DNA of 64,000 nt from an uncultured Anaerolineaceae bacterium (GCA_964446575.1 CAYUOX010000075.1:23580-87579), one strand, 5' to 3'; positions 1 through 8,755 are shown, counted from the stretch's first letter. The notes: generated by a model not told the origin, from the letters alone. A program made the numbers and translations.

Positions 1-2
1 AT

Positions 3-194
3 TTGCTGCGCGAAGAGGCTGGGCTCTCGTTGCCCCGCATCGGCGAACTCTTGGGCGGCCGAGACCACTCCACCATCATGCATGGCACCCGCAAAGTGGC
101 CGACCTGCTGGAGCGCGATGCCCACTTTCGCCGGCGGGTGATGAACATCCGTGAGCATCTGTACAACCCTCATGTCCCCTTGGTAAGCGAGTGA
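3..194 (+). CDS. dnaA: Chromosomal replication initiator DnaA, C-terminal DNA-binding domain IV (5' truncated by window edge)
   Basis: SLPRIGELLGGRDHSTIMHG matches the DnaA domain IV signature (GGRDHxTVxH). Confidence 0.93.
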   Translation: MLREEAGLSLPRIGELLGGRDHSTIMHGTRKVADLLERDAHFRRRVMNIREHLYNPHVPLVSE

Positions 195-1807
195 ACCATC
201 GCCCCCGACGCGCCCCCCGGTCGGCATGGACCCGGGCCCTGGGTGCGTTTCGCCTGGGGCGGGGTTGGCACCATTGGCCGGCGTGGGTCGGCCTGGGCGT
301 CGCGCTGCTCACCAGCGCGGGGTATGTGCGCGCGTGGCAACACGCGGACGCCTCTTGGGCCTTCACCGGCTTTCTCTTCGCGGTCGACGACGGCCTCAGT
401 TACCTCGCCAAGATGCGCCTCGGCGCGCAAGGCGCGTGGCTCTTCCGCACGCCTTACACCACCGAGCCCACGGTGGCTTTGCCCGCGTTTACCGCGTACT
501 TGGCCTTGGGACATGTACTCCCGCCGCGCGCGCCTTATGGCGCGTTCGTGGTCCTCTTTCACCTGTTTCGCCTGGTCGCGCTGGCTGGCCTGATGGTCGC
601 GTTGCATCGCGTGCTCACTTGGCTGCTGCCCGCGCGGCCCCGCCTGCAAGCCGCCGTCGCGGTGTGGACTCTGCTCGGCGGCGGCCTGGGTTGGCTGCTT
701 TACCCCTTGGGACTGGGTCGCGGCCTGGGCTGGGCACCACTGAGTTTCTACTCGCCCGAGGCCTTTGGCTTCTTGGCCGTGTGGGGGCTGCCGCATCTCA
801 CCGCGGCGCGTGCGCTTTGGCTATACGCTTGGTGGGCCTTCGCCCACCAACACCTCCGCCGAGCCTTCGCCGCTGCCACCGCCCTGCTGTTCTTCCAACC
901 CCTGTACATCGTTCCCCTGGCCCTGCTGTGGAGCGCCACCGCATGGGGACAACACACCCGGCCCACCGCGGCCGCCCAATGGCGCACCTTAGCCGCGGCC
1001 ACCAGCCTGTGGGCCGCCTACTGGGCCTTCATGCTCTGGGCGCGAGCCACCGACCCCGTCGTGCAGGCCTGGGACGCGCAGAACAACGTCCGGCTGGTGC
1101 CTTGGCCCGCCTTCGCGCTGGCCTATGGCCCGTGGCTGCCGTGGGTCGCGCGCGGTTGGCGCCTGTTGCAGCAGGAGCATCCCGGCCCTGCGCGCGCGCT
1201 GGCCTTTTGGCTTGCGGCCGTCGCGCTTTTAATCTGGCTGCCCACGTCGGTGCAACGGCGCCTGCTGGAGGGCGTGTGGTGGGCCTGGGGCCTGCTGGCT
1301 GTGAAAGCCGCGGCAGCGTGGCATCGCGGGCTGGGCCAGGGACGGCGTTGGCTCGCGTGGGCGCCACTGGGCCTGACCGCACTCAGCCCAGCCTTGCTGC
1401 TGGGGCTGGCCTGGCACGCGGCATCGCGGCCCAGCGAGCCCCTCTTTCGCCCGCGCGCGGAGTTGGCCGCTATGCAAGCCTGGGGTCAGCAAGCGCCCTT
1501 GGCCGCGGGCGTGCTCGCGTCCTACCCCTCGTCGACGCTGCTGCCAGCCGCCGCGGCCGTACGCGCGCCTTTGGGGCATCCGGTGGAAAGCCCGGCTTGG
1601 GCCGAGCGCCGCGCCCAAACCCGCGCTTTCTTTCAGCCCACCACCACCGACGCGCAACGCCAAGCCTGGCTGGCTGATTGGCGCGTCGAGTGGGTGTGGT
1701 GGGGGCCGCGTGAGCGCGCCCTGGGCGCGTGGGATCCCCGCACCGCGCCCTATCTGGAGCCGGCCTTTCACGACCGCGGCTATTGGGTCTTTCGGGTGCG
1801 TCCGTGA
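191..1807 (+). CDS. Polytopic membrane protein, GT-C-fold glycosyltransferase-like
   Basis: About 10-12 hydrophobic segments. An acidic DD motif in the first loop (AVDDGLSYLAKM) and a soluble C-terminal domain are typical of GT-C enzymes. GTG start overlaps the dnaA stop (GTGA). Confidence 0.5.
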   Translation: MNHRPRRAPRSAWTRALGAFRLGRGWHHWPAWVGLGVALLTSAGYVRAWQHADASWAFTGFLFAVDDGLSYLAKMRLGAQGAWLFRTPYTTEPTVALPAFTAYLALGHVLPPRAPYGAFVVLFHLFRLVALAGLMVALHRVLTWLLPARPRLQAAVAVWTLLGGGLGWLLYPLGLGRGLGWAPLSFYSPEAFGFLAVWGLPHLTAARALWLYAWWAFAHQHLRRAFAAATALLFFQPLYIVPLALLWSATAWGQHTRPTAAAQWRTLAAATSLWAAYWAFMLWARATDPVVQAWDAQNNVRLVPWPAFALAYGPWLPWVARGWRLLQQEHPGPARALAFWLAAVALLIWLPTSVQRRLLEGVWWAWGLLAVKAAAAWHRGLGQGRRWLAWAPLGLTALSPALLLGLAWHAASRPSEPLFRPRAELAAMQAWGQQAPLAAGVLASYPSSTLLPAAAAVRAPLGHPVESPAWAERRAQTRAFFQPTTTDAQRQAWLADWRVEWVWWGPRERALGAWDPRTAPYLEPAFHDRGYWVFRVRP

Positions 1808-1847
1808 GCCGCGGTACAATCACGCCATCCCCCGCAGGAGACGGATC

Positions 1848-3017
1848 ATGCCCTTGCGTTTTCTCACCGCGGGCGAATCGCACGGCCCTGGCTTGGTGGC
1901 TGTGGTGGAAGGGCTTCCGGCCGGGCTGCCGGTGGATGTGGAAGCCATCAACCACGAATTGGCCCGCCGCCAAAAAGGCGCGGGGTCGGGCCCCCGCATG
2001 GCCATCGAACGCGATCGCGTGCAGATCTTGAGCGGCGTGTTGGAGGGACGCACCACCGGCGCGCCCATTGCGCTCACCATTGCCAACCGTGACCACGCCA
2101 AATGGCGCGGTCGAGCGATACCGCCCTTCACCACGCCCCGGCCCGGCCATGGCGATCTGGCCGCACGCCTCAAGTATGGCTACCCCGATCTGCGGCCCGG
2201 CCTGGAGCGGGCCTCGGCGCGCGAAACGGCCGCCCGGGTGGCGGTGGGCGCGCTGTGCAAGCAACTGCTGGCCCACGTGGGCATTCAGGTGCAAGGGTAT
2301 GTGATCGCCATTGGCCCGGTGCGCGCCACGGCCCTACCGGAGGACATCCCCACCCGTTGGCAACAAGCCGAGGCCAACCCGGTGCGTTGCCCCGACCCCT
2401 CGGCCGCCGCGGCAATGCAACAGGCCATCGAGCAAGTGAAGCGGGACAAGGACACCTTGGGCGGTGTCATCGAGGTGGTGGCGTTGAATGTGCCCCCTGG
2501 CCTGGGCAGCCACGTGCATTGGGACCGCCGCCTGGACGCGCGCCTGGCCGCGGCGGTGATGAGCATCCCCGCGATCAAGGGTGTGGCCCTCGGCGCGGCG
2601 TGGGAGCAAGCCCAACAGCGCGGCACCCAGGCCCACGATGCCATCCGCCGCCAAGGCGATGCCCTGGTGCGTCCTACCAACCGGGCCGGTGGCGTCGAGG
2701 CTGGCATCAGCAACGGCCAGCCCATTGTGGTGCGCGCGGCTATGAAGCCCATTGCCAGCACCCTGACCCCCCAACCCACGGTGGACCTGGCCACAGGTGC
2801 CGAGACCGAAACCCGCTATGAGCGTTCGGATTTCTGCCCAGTGCCGCGCGCGGTGCCCGTGGTCGAAGCCATGGTGGCTTTCGTGCTGGCCGATGCGCTG
2901 CTGGAAAAGGTGGGTGGCGACACCCTGGACGAGGTGCAAACACGCGCGGCCGCGTTGCCCCGGGCCACTTGGCCCCACGCTCGCGTCGACGGCGCAAAAC
3001 ACACCTTCTGGGATTGA
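1848..3017 (+). CDS. aroC: Chorismate synthase
   Basis: LRFLTAGESHG, RPGHGDL, ERASARETAARVA and MKPIASTL motifs. AGGAG RBS before ATG 1848. Confidence 0.97.
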   Translation: MPLRFLTAGESHGPGLVAVVEGLPAGLPVDVEAINHELARRQKGAGSGPRMAIERDRVQILSGVLEGRTTGAPIALTIANRDHAKWRGRAIPPFTTPRPGHGDLAARLKYGYPDLRPGLERASARETAARVAVGALCKQLLAHVGIQVQGYVIAIGPVRATALPEDIPTRWQQAEANPVRCPDPSAAAAMQQAIEQVKRDKDTLGGVIEVVALNVPPGLGSHVHWDRRLDARLAAAVMSIPAIKGVALGAAWEQAQQRGTQAHDAIRRQGDALVRPTNRAGGVEAGISNGQPIVVRAAMKPIASTLTPQPTVDLATGAETETRYERSDFCPVPRAVPVVEAMVAFVLADALLEKVGGDTLDEVQTRAAALPRATWPHARVDGAKHTFWD

Positions 3018-3076
3018 GCCTGCGGCCGGCCCCTCTGGTACAATATCCTCAAATCATCTGCTCAGGAGGTCGACCC

Positions 3077-3688
3077 ATGGCGGCATCTTCCCAGCCACGG
3101 CCGGTCAATCCGGTGGCGGCCGCGGTGCATGCCCTGATCGCGGCTCGGTACAGTCCCACGCAATACGCGGAGCGCATGGTCGACGACGCGACCCTGCAGC
3201 GGGTGCTGGAGGCCGCGCGCTGGGCTCCGTCGTCCTATAACCGTCAACCGTGGTATTTTGTGGTCACCCGCCGCGGGCAAGAGGGTTACACGCGCCTGCT
3301 GCGCACGCTGAGCGCTTATAACCAGCGCTGGGCGCAACGGGCGCCGGTGCTGATTTTGGGCTGCGCGCAAATCGAAGACGAGCGCGGCCCCAATCGCTAT
3401 GCAGAACACGATTTGGGGTTGGCCAGCGGGTTTCTCGCGTTGCAGGCCGTGGCCGAGGGGTTGGCAACACGCTTTATTGCGGGGTTCGACAAAGACGCGG
3501 CGCGGGCGGCTTTTGGCATCCCCGCGGCGTATAAGCCCTGGACGGTCATCGCGCTGGGGTACCCGGCACCGGATGCGGACCCCCACGCGAAGCCGCGGCA
3601 ACGCAAGCCTTATGCTGCGATCATCGGCTGGGGCGGGTGGGGCGTGGCCCCGCCCTTCGCGCCCCCGGCAACCAGCGCCAGCGCATAA
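3077..3688 (+). CDS. Nitroreductase family protein
   Basis: ARYSP, LEAARWAPSSYNRQPWYF and IALGYP motifs. AGGAGGT RBS. Confidence 0.9.
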   Translation: MAASSQPRPVNPVAAAVHALIAARYSPTQYAERMVDDATLQRVLEAARWAPSSYNRQPWYFVVTRRGQEGYTRLLRTLSAYNQRWAQRAPVLILGCAQIEDERGPNRYAEHDLGLASGFLALQAVAEGLATRFIAGFDKDAARAAFGIPAAYKPWTVIALGYPAPDADPHAKPRQRKPYAAIIGWGGWGVAPPFAPPATSASA

Positions 3689-3723
3689 GCGCGGACCTGG
3701 CCGCGGGCCAGGGCATCTGCCCC

Positions 3724-3757
3724 AAAAAGCGAGGCCCCGCGAGGGGCTCGCGGGGCC
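3724..3757 (-). terminator. Intrinsic terminator (minus strand)
   Basis: Perfect 11-bp stem GGCCCCGCGAG/CTCGCGGGGCC (3733-3757) followed on the minus strand by TCGC-TTTTT. Confidence 0.8.
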
Positions 3758-3840
3758 AATCTACGAGGAGGGAGGAGAGGAGGTGTAAGTGGAGGAGGGG
3801 GCTATGCCGGTCCAATTACGCTCTCGCGCTCGCCGGCCTT
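3724..3840 (-). ncRNA. Candidate small RNA with tandem anti-Shine-Dalgarno motifs
   Basis: 5' hairpin with a GAGA tetraloop, an unpaired C/U tract with five CCUCC, a terminator, and an upstream extended -10 (TG-T-TAATCT). Structure only; no family recognised. Confidence 0.5.
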
Positions 3841-3885
3841 AGATTAACACGGTTGGCTTAAAAGAGGGTGAAAGGTACTTAAAAG
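3841..3885 (-). promoter_or_regulatory. Putative activator-dependent promoter: TTTAAG direct repeats plus extended -10
   Basis: Minus strand reads TTTAAG-tacc-TTTCAC-cctct-TTTAAG-ccaaccgtgt-TAATCT. AT-rich island with no consensus -35. Confidence 0.45.
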
Positions 3886-3902
3886 TTTCCGAAGAATTGA
3901 GA

Positions 3903-4586
3903 TCAGCGGGTGGGCAAAACCGATCCCGCGTTGAGGCGGTTCATAGCCGCGGGCAGGCCCTGTTCAATCCACAAGAGAATGCCCTCGACGGCTCGCGCTT
4001 CGATCCAAGGCCATTGTTCGCGCTCCGCGCGCGAGAAGGGGCGCAGCACATAGTCAGCCGGGTCCATACGCCCGGGTGGGCGCCCAATGCCGATGCGCAA
4101 ACGGGGGAAGTCGCGGCGCCCGCCCAGGGCGTCGATGATGGATTTCATCCCTTTATGGCCGCCATGGCCGCCTTGGGGGCGCAGGCGCACAGTGCCGAAG
4201 GGCAAGTCTAAGTCGTCGTACACCACCAGCAGGTGCGACAACGGCACCTCATACGCGCGCAGCAACGGCCGCACGGCCCGCCCCGAGAGGTTCATGTAGG
4301 TTTGGGGCTTGGCCAAAACCACGCGCGCGGGGCCCAAACGCGCGTCCGCGAGCAGGGCCTGATGCCGCGGCCCGCGAAAGGCCACGCCCAGGCGGCGGGC
4401 CAGCGCGTCCACGATCATGAAGCCCGCGTTGTGGCGGGTGGCGGCAAATTCGCGGCCAGGGTTGCCCAGGCCAACCACCAAGTAACGCGCGCGCGGCTCG
4501 CGCGGCGAGGCTGCCGCGTCTTGGGCGCGGGATGTGTCTGACAACCCGCCGGCCTGCTGCACGCGACGGATCCAATCCAGATCCAT
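3903..4586 (-). CDS. pth: Peptidyl-tRNA hydrolase
   Basis: LVVGLGNPG, TRHNAGF, KPQTYMNLSG, GGHGGHKG and RLRIGIGRP motifs. Confidence 0.96.
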   Translation of the reverse strand: MDLDWIRRVQQAGGLSDTSRAQDAAASPREPRARYLVVGLGNPGREFAATRHNAGFMIVDALARRLGVAFRGPRHQALLADARLGPARVVLAKPQTYMNLSGRAVRPLLRAYEVPLSHLLVVYDDLDLPFGTVRLRPQGGHGGHKGMKSIIDALGGRRDFPRLRIGIGRPPGRMDPADYVLRPFSRAEREQWPWIEARAVEGILLWIEQGLPAAMNRLNAGSVLPTR

Positions 4587-4952
4587 TTAGGCGTCCTCGG
4601 CGTCCATCGTTTTCTTGGGCAGGCCGACCACCCGCACGACCGGCACGACGAAGAGAATGCCCGTGTAGGGCTCGTGCAAGTCGCCGACGATTTCCTCGGT
4701 GGCGCGGATGACCCGCTCCACCGTGGCCTCATCGGGCACCACGGTGAACAGGGTCCGATGATGGTATTCTTGGCGGGCCAACAGGCTTTGCAGCGAGGGC
4801 ATGAGGCCCAGGTCGTCGCGCATCCCTCGTTGGCGATGCAGGCCCGAACTTTCCAAGATGGTGGCGCCCCCCGCGCCCGCCTTTTGCCAGGCTTCCATGA
4901 CCGCGGGGCACTGTTGGATGTCGTCGAGTACCAAAACCACGAGATAGGCCAT
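4587..4952 (-). CDS. PII-like (GlnB-like superfamily) signal protein
   Basis: 121 aa with a PII-like pattern: GATILESSG, a T-loop-like insert and a C-terminal GILFVVPV. Its stop abuts the pth ATG. Confidence 0.7.
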   Translation of the reverse strand: MAYLVVLVLDDIQQCPAVMEAWQKAGAGGATILESSGLHRQRGMRDDLGLMPSLQSLLARQEYHHRTLFTVVPDEATVERVIRATEEIVGDLHEPYTGILFVVPVVRVVGLPKKTMDAEDA

Positions 4953-4988
4953 CGCTGGCTCGCTCCTTTTGGAGGGAATGCCCCGGGC

Positions 4989-6209
4989 TCAGGCGGCCGA
5001 GGCATCTTCGGCCTGAGGCTTAGGATACAACGCCCGCAAGGCAATAGGTGTGATGAGGGTGGTCACCAGCACCATGAGCACCACGCCGGCGAACACGGTG
5101 TCGTCCACCCAACCGAACTGCATGCCCACCGAGGCGACAATCAAGCCCACTTCGCCCCGGCTGGTCATGCCGGTGCCCAACCGCACCGAGTCCTTCCACG
5201 ACAAACCGCCCAGGCGCCCGCCCAAAGTGCACCCCAAGGCCTTGGAAATCACGGCCAACACCACCAAGGTCAAGGCGATGGGCAAGCCCTCGGGCCGCAA
5301 CGCCAAACGCACATCGGTTTGCAGGCCGATGTTGACGAAGAAGATGGGCACCAACAGCGCATAGGCCAGTTTGTGCATCCCTTGCATGATGTGCCGTCGC
5401 CACGGGCTGCGGCCAAAGGCCAGCCCGGCCACGAACGCGCCGGTGATGGAGGCAATGCCGCCCAGCGCCTCTGCGGCCCACGCGTAGAGCAGGGTGAGCA
5501 CTACCGCGAAGGTCAGCAGCCCTTCGCTGATGGGCAACCGGTCGACCACCCGCCCCAAACGCGGCACCAAGCGCACTCCCAGCACCCAGGCCCCTGCCAA
5601 AAACAGGACCATGCGGGCCAACATGCCCAAAACCATGAGCGCGCCACCGCCCTCGCCCAAGGTGAAAGCCTGAAAGACCGACAACAGCAGAATGACCAGC
5701 ACATCGTCGACGACGGCCGCGCCCAGCAACGCCAAACCGACCGCGGAACGCAACACGCCCAGTTCCATGAGGGTTTGGGCCGAGATGCTGACGCTGGTGG
5801 CGGCCATGACCAGGCCGATGAACAAGCCGGCTTCGCCTGAGTAGCCCAGCGCGTCCATCACCACCCACGCCAAAAGCACGGGGGTCAACACGCCCAGCAC
5901 GCCCGTCCACACGGCAGGCCGCCCCGCACGAGCCAAGGCCTCCAGTTCGACTTCCAAACCCGCCAAAAACATGAGAAAAGCCACGCCCAAAAAGGCCAGA
6001 TGTTCCAGCACCACATCCAAATGCAGGCCGTGTTCGAACACGGGCCAGTGCAGCATGTTGAGCAGCGAGGGGCCCAGCAACAACCCGCTCAGGATTTCGC
6101 CCAATACCGTGGGCTGCCCCAAGCGCGCGCTGAGATAGCCGCCCACTTTCGCGGCCGCGATGATGAGCCCTAAGGCCAGGGCAAAGGCCAGAGTCGCATG
6201 AGCATCCAT
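4989..6209 (-). CDS. CPA2-family cation:proton antiporter (NapA/Kef type, no KTN domain)
   Basis: GEILSGLLLGPS, FLAGLE, ATSVSISAQTL, AAVVDDVL, PIFFVNIG and RGEVGLI motifs. Confidence 0.92.
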   Translation of the reverse strand: MDAHATLAFALALGLIIAAAKVGGYLSARLGQPTVLGEILSGLLLGPSLLNMLHWPVFEHGLHLDVVLEHLAFLGVAFLMFLAGLEVELEALARAGRPAVWTGVLGVLTPVLLAWVVMDALGYSGEAGLFIGLVMAATSVSISAQTLMELGVLRSAVGLALLGAAVVDDVLVILLLSVFQAFTLGEGGGALMVLGMLARMVLFLAGAWVLGVRLVPRLGRVVDRLPISEGLLTFAVVLTLLYAWAAEALGGIASITGAFVAGLAFGRSPWRRHIMQGMHKLAYALLVPIFFVNIGLQTDVRLALRPEGLPIALTLVVLAVISKALGCTLGGRLGGLSWKDSVRLGTGMTSRGEVGLIVASVGMQFGWVDDTVFAGVVLMVLVTTLITPIALRALYPKPQAEDASAA

Positions 6210-6255
6210 GGACGCGTCCTCGTGAAGATGGGGTACGCGCGAATACGGTGCCGGG

Positions 6256-6302
6256 ATTATACCAACTCCCCCAGGGAAGGGAAGGGCAAGGCCTGGTATA
6301 AT
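6256..6302. promoter_or_regulatory. Divergent pair of extended -10 promoters (TGGTATAAT on each strand)
   Basis: ATTATACCA at 6256-6264 (minus) and TGGTATAAT at 6294-6302 (plus), between divergent genes. Confidence 0.65.
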
Positions 6303-6340
6303 CTACTCTGCTTTCGCCCACCCACCTCGAGGAGGTAGTC

Positions 6341-7843
6341 ATGACCACCCGACACTGGTTGACGCGCGCCTGGCCGGCGGTGCTGCTGGTCCTCGCGGCG
6401 TGCCAAGGCCCTGCAACGCCCCAGCCCACGGCCACGGTCCCCCGCACGACGCGGCCCGCGCCCACGCCGCGGGCCCCCGCGGAGCCCGTCCCCCAACCCC
6501 CGACCCCGGGGCAGGTGTTCTATGTCGCGCCCGACGGCGACGACGCCCAACCCGGCACCCGCACCGCGCCATGGCGAAGCCCCGCCGTGGCCGTGAGCCG
6601 CCTCAAGGCCGGCGATACCCTGGTGCTGCTACCGGGCACCTACCCTCTGGCCGACTACGAACGCGATATCCTGCGCCCACCCTCGGGCCAGCCGGACGCC
6701 TGGATCGTCCTGCGCGGGGAGCCCGGTCAACCTTACCCTGTCTTGGCCGGGCGAGATAATCTGGCCGCGTTGGTCGACCTCAGCGGCGTGCAGTACGTCT
6801 GGCTCGAGCACATCGAAATGACCCACGACCCCCAAGCCGCGGACCCGCGCGTGCGCGACGGCATTCTCGTGCAAGGCCAACCGGCTGCGCACGTGGTGCT
6901 GGCCGACCTGTACATCCACCATGTGGATGAATTCGGCATGAACCTGCAAGATGTGCGCGACCTGCTCATCGTCAACACCCGTATTCTGTATGCCGGTTTC
7001 GGCGCGTTGGGTGGCCCCCCTGGCGCGCACCATGGCTGGGAGCAGGTCACGATCCGCGACACCCGCTTGGCCTACAGCGGCCATTATTACCAGGGCGGCG
7101 ACGGCCACAACCGGCCCTATGACCGGCCAGATGGGCTGGGCATCGAGCCCTCGGCCGGGCCCATCGTGTTGGAGCGGGTGCGAGCCGAGCACAACTACGG
7201 CGACGGCCTGGACAGCAAGGCCCAAGTGACGGTGATTCGTGATAGCATCGTGGCCAACAACACATGCGACGGGGTCAAACTATGGGGCCGGGAAGGGCAC
7301 TTGGAGAACGTGCTCATCTACGGCCGCGGAGACGGCGACGCGACGGTGACCCCGTGGGCCGGGTTGGTCATCGATACCACCACGCCAGGGGCCCACTTCA
7401 CCCTCACTCACGTGACCCTGGACGATGCCTTAGGGCACAACTATCTGCTCTATGTGCAGTATGACCACCCCCAAGTGCCCGTGCATCTGACCTGGCGCAA
7501 CGTCATCTTGAGCGCGCGCGGTCCTGAAGCCCGCATCTATCTGGCCCCGGCCGTCACTTTGGATGCCCAGGCCGTGTTGTTCTTCTTCCCCCAAAGCCTT
7601 GCGGTGGGGCAACACGGCGAACAGGTTTACACCTGCGACGACCTGGCCCAGTTGGGGCCAGGCTTGATGTGCCACGACCCCGCGTTTGTGCAGCCGGCAT
7701 GGGGGCAAGAGGGGGACTATCACTTGCGGCCGAGCAGCCCCGCGCGCGATGCCGGCGTGCCCACCCATGTGGATCACGACCTGGACGGCCACCCCCGAGA
7801 CGACCGACCCGACCTGGGCGCGTATGAAGCGCGCGATGAATAG
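6341..7843 (+). CDS. Lipoprotein with right-handed parallel beta-helix (pectin-lyase-like) and choice-of-anchor-Q-like C-terminus
   Basis: Lipobox LAAC, Pro/Thr linker, YVAPDGDDAQPGT (DUF1565-like) start, GDGLD/CDGVK helix turns, and C-terminal DLDGHPRDDRPDLGAYE. Confidence 0.75.
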   Translation: MTTRHWLTRAWPAVLLVLAACQGPATPQPTATVPRTTRPAPTPRAPAEPVPQPPTPGQVFYVAPDGDDAQPGTRTAPWRSPAVAVSRLKAGDTLVLLPGTYPLADYERDILRPPSGQPDAWIVLRGEPGQPYPVLAGRDNLAALVDLSGVQYVWLEHIEMTHDPQAADPRVRDGILVQGQPAAHVVLADLYIHHVDEFGMNLQDVRDLLIVNTRILYAGFGALGGPPGAHHGWEQVTIRDTRLAYSGHYYQGGDGHNRPYDRPDGLGIEPSAGPIVLERVRAEHNYGDGLDSKAQVTVIRDSIVANNTCDGVKLWGREGHLENVLIYGRGDGDATVTPWAGLVIDTTTPGAHFTLTHVTLDDALGHNYLLYVQYDHPQVPVHLTWRNVILSARGPEARIYLAPAVTLDAQAVLFFFPQSLAVGQHGEQVYTCDDLAQLGPGLMCHDPAFVQPAWGQEGDYHLRPSSPARDAGVPTHVDHDLDGHPRDDRPDLGAYEARDE

Positions 7844-7924
7844 CCGCGCCCGGCCGGACGCGGCCATGGGCGAACGAAGCGGGCCGCACACCCGGCCTCA
7901 TGGCCACGGCAAATCGTCCTACCC

Positions 7925-7953
7925 TGGACAAACCGGGGCGTTTGAGGTACAAT
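7925..7953 (+). promoter_or_regulatory. Sigma70-type promoter of rplJ-rplL
   Basis: TGGACA-17 nt-TACAAT. Confidence 0.6.
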
Positions 7954-7974
7954 GCGGCCCGCTTCGGAACAACC

Positions 7975-8106
7975 GAAGATTCGCCGTAGACCGCAGGGGC
8001 CCGACAAGGGCTTAAACCGCCTGCCGAGGCGAGGACTCGAAGCGCACCCCCACGGGGGTGGATGCGCGCGTGCCTTCCCCTCGGCGGCGAAGGCGCTTTT
8101 GTTTTT
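7975..8106 (+). ncRNA. Ribosomal protein L10 leader (autoregulatory cis-element)
   Basis: CCGTAGACCGCAGG...TAAA..CCTGCCGAGG core immediately upstream of rplJ, followed by a hairpin and T-tract. Confidence 0.8.
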
Positions 8107-8135
8107 GGGCCCGCACACATCAGGAGGTGGACGCC

Positions 8136-8690
8136 TTGGCTATCACCAAAGCCCGCAAGCGTGAATTGGTCGCGCTGTACCAGGAACTGCTGCAAAACAG
8201 CCAGGCCCTGGTCATCGCGTCCTTTCATGGCTTGAGCGTCGCGGAGACCGAGCAACTCCGCCACGCGGTGCGGGAATCGGGCGGCCGCTTGATGGTGGTG
8301 AAAAACACCCTGGTCAAGATCGCGCTGCGCGAGAGCGGCTACGCCCTGCCCGAGGACGCGTCCGTCTTCGAAGGCACCACCATGGTGGCCTTCGCGCTGC
8401 AAGACCCGGCTGCCACGGCCAAAGCCGTCGCGGACTTTGCCAAGGAGCACGAGGCGTCCTTGCGCATCAAGGCCGGCTATTTGGGCACCGAGCCCGTGAC
8501 GGCCGAGCAGGTGCGGCAACTGGCCAGCCTGCCGCCGCTGCCGGTGCTTCGGGCCCAGGTGCTGGGCACCATCATGGCCCCCGCGTCGCAGTTGGCGCGG
8601 TTGCTGGCCGAGCCCGCCCGCCAATTGGCGGCTGTGCTTCGGGCTTACAGCGAAAAAGACGGCGCTCAAGCCGAAGCGACCGCGGCATAG
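8136..8690 (+). CDS. rplJ: 50S ribosomal protein L10
   Basis: TTG start after GGAGGTG. GLSVAETEQLR, VVKNTL and LASLPP motifs. Precedes rplL. Confidence 0.95.
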   Translation: MAITKARKRELVALYQELLQNSQALVIASFHGLSVAETEQLRHAVRESGGRLMVVKNTLVKIALRESGYALPEDASVFEGTTMVAFALQDPAATAKAVADFAKEHEASLRIKAGYLGTEPVTAEQVRQLASLPPLPVLRAQVLGTIMAPASQLARLLAEPARQLAAVLRAYSEKDGAQAEATAA

Positions 8691-8755
8691 CCCGGTCGTG
8701 GATGTCGATGTTCGCAGGAACAACCCCGGTGCGATAACCCGCAGGAGGATTTGTC

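Noticed and set aside
3804-3842. 12-codon plus-strand ORF (MPVQLRSRARRP) behind a GGAGG cluster
   Set aside because: It is not called as a CDS. No plus-strand promoter was seen, a strong hairpin lies just upstream, and the GNRA loop, U-tract and promoter all point to a minus-strand RNA. It is kept only as an alternative explanation.
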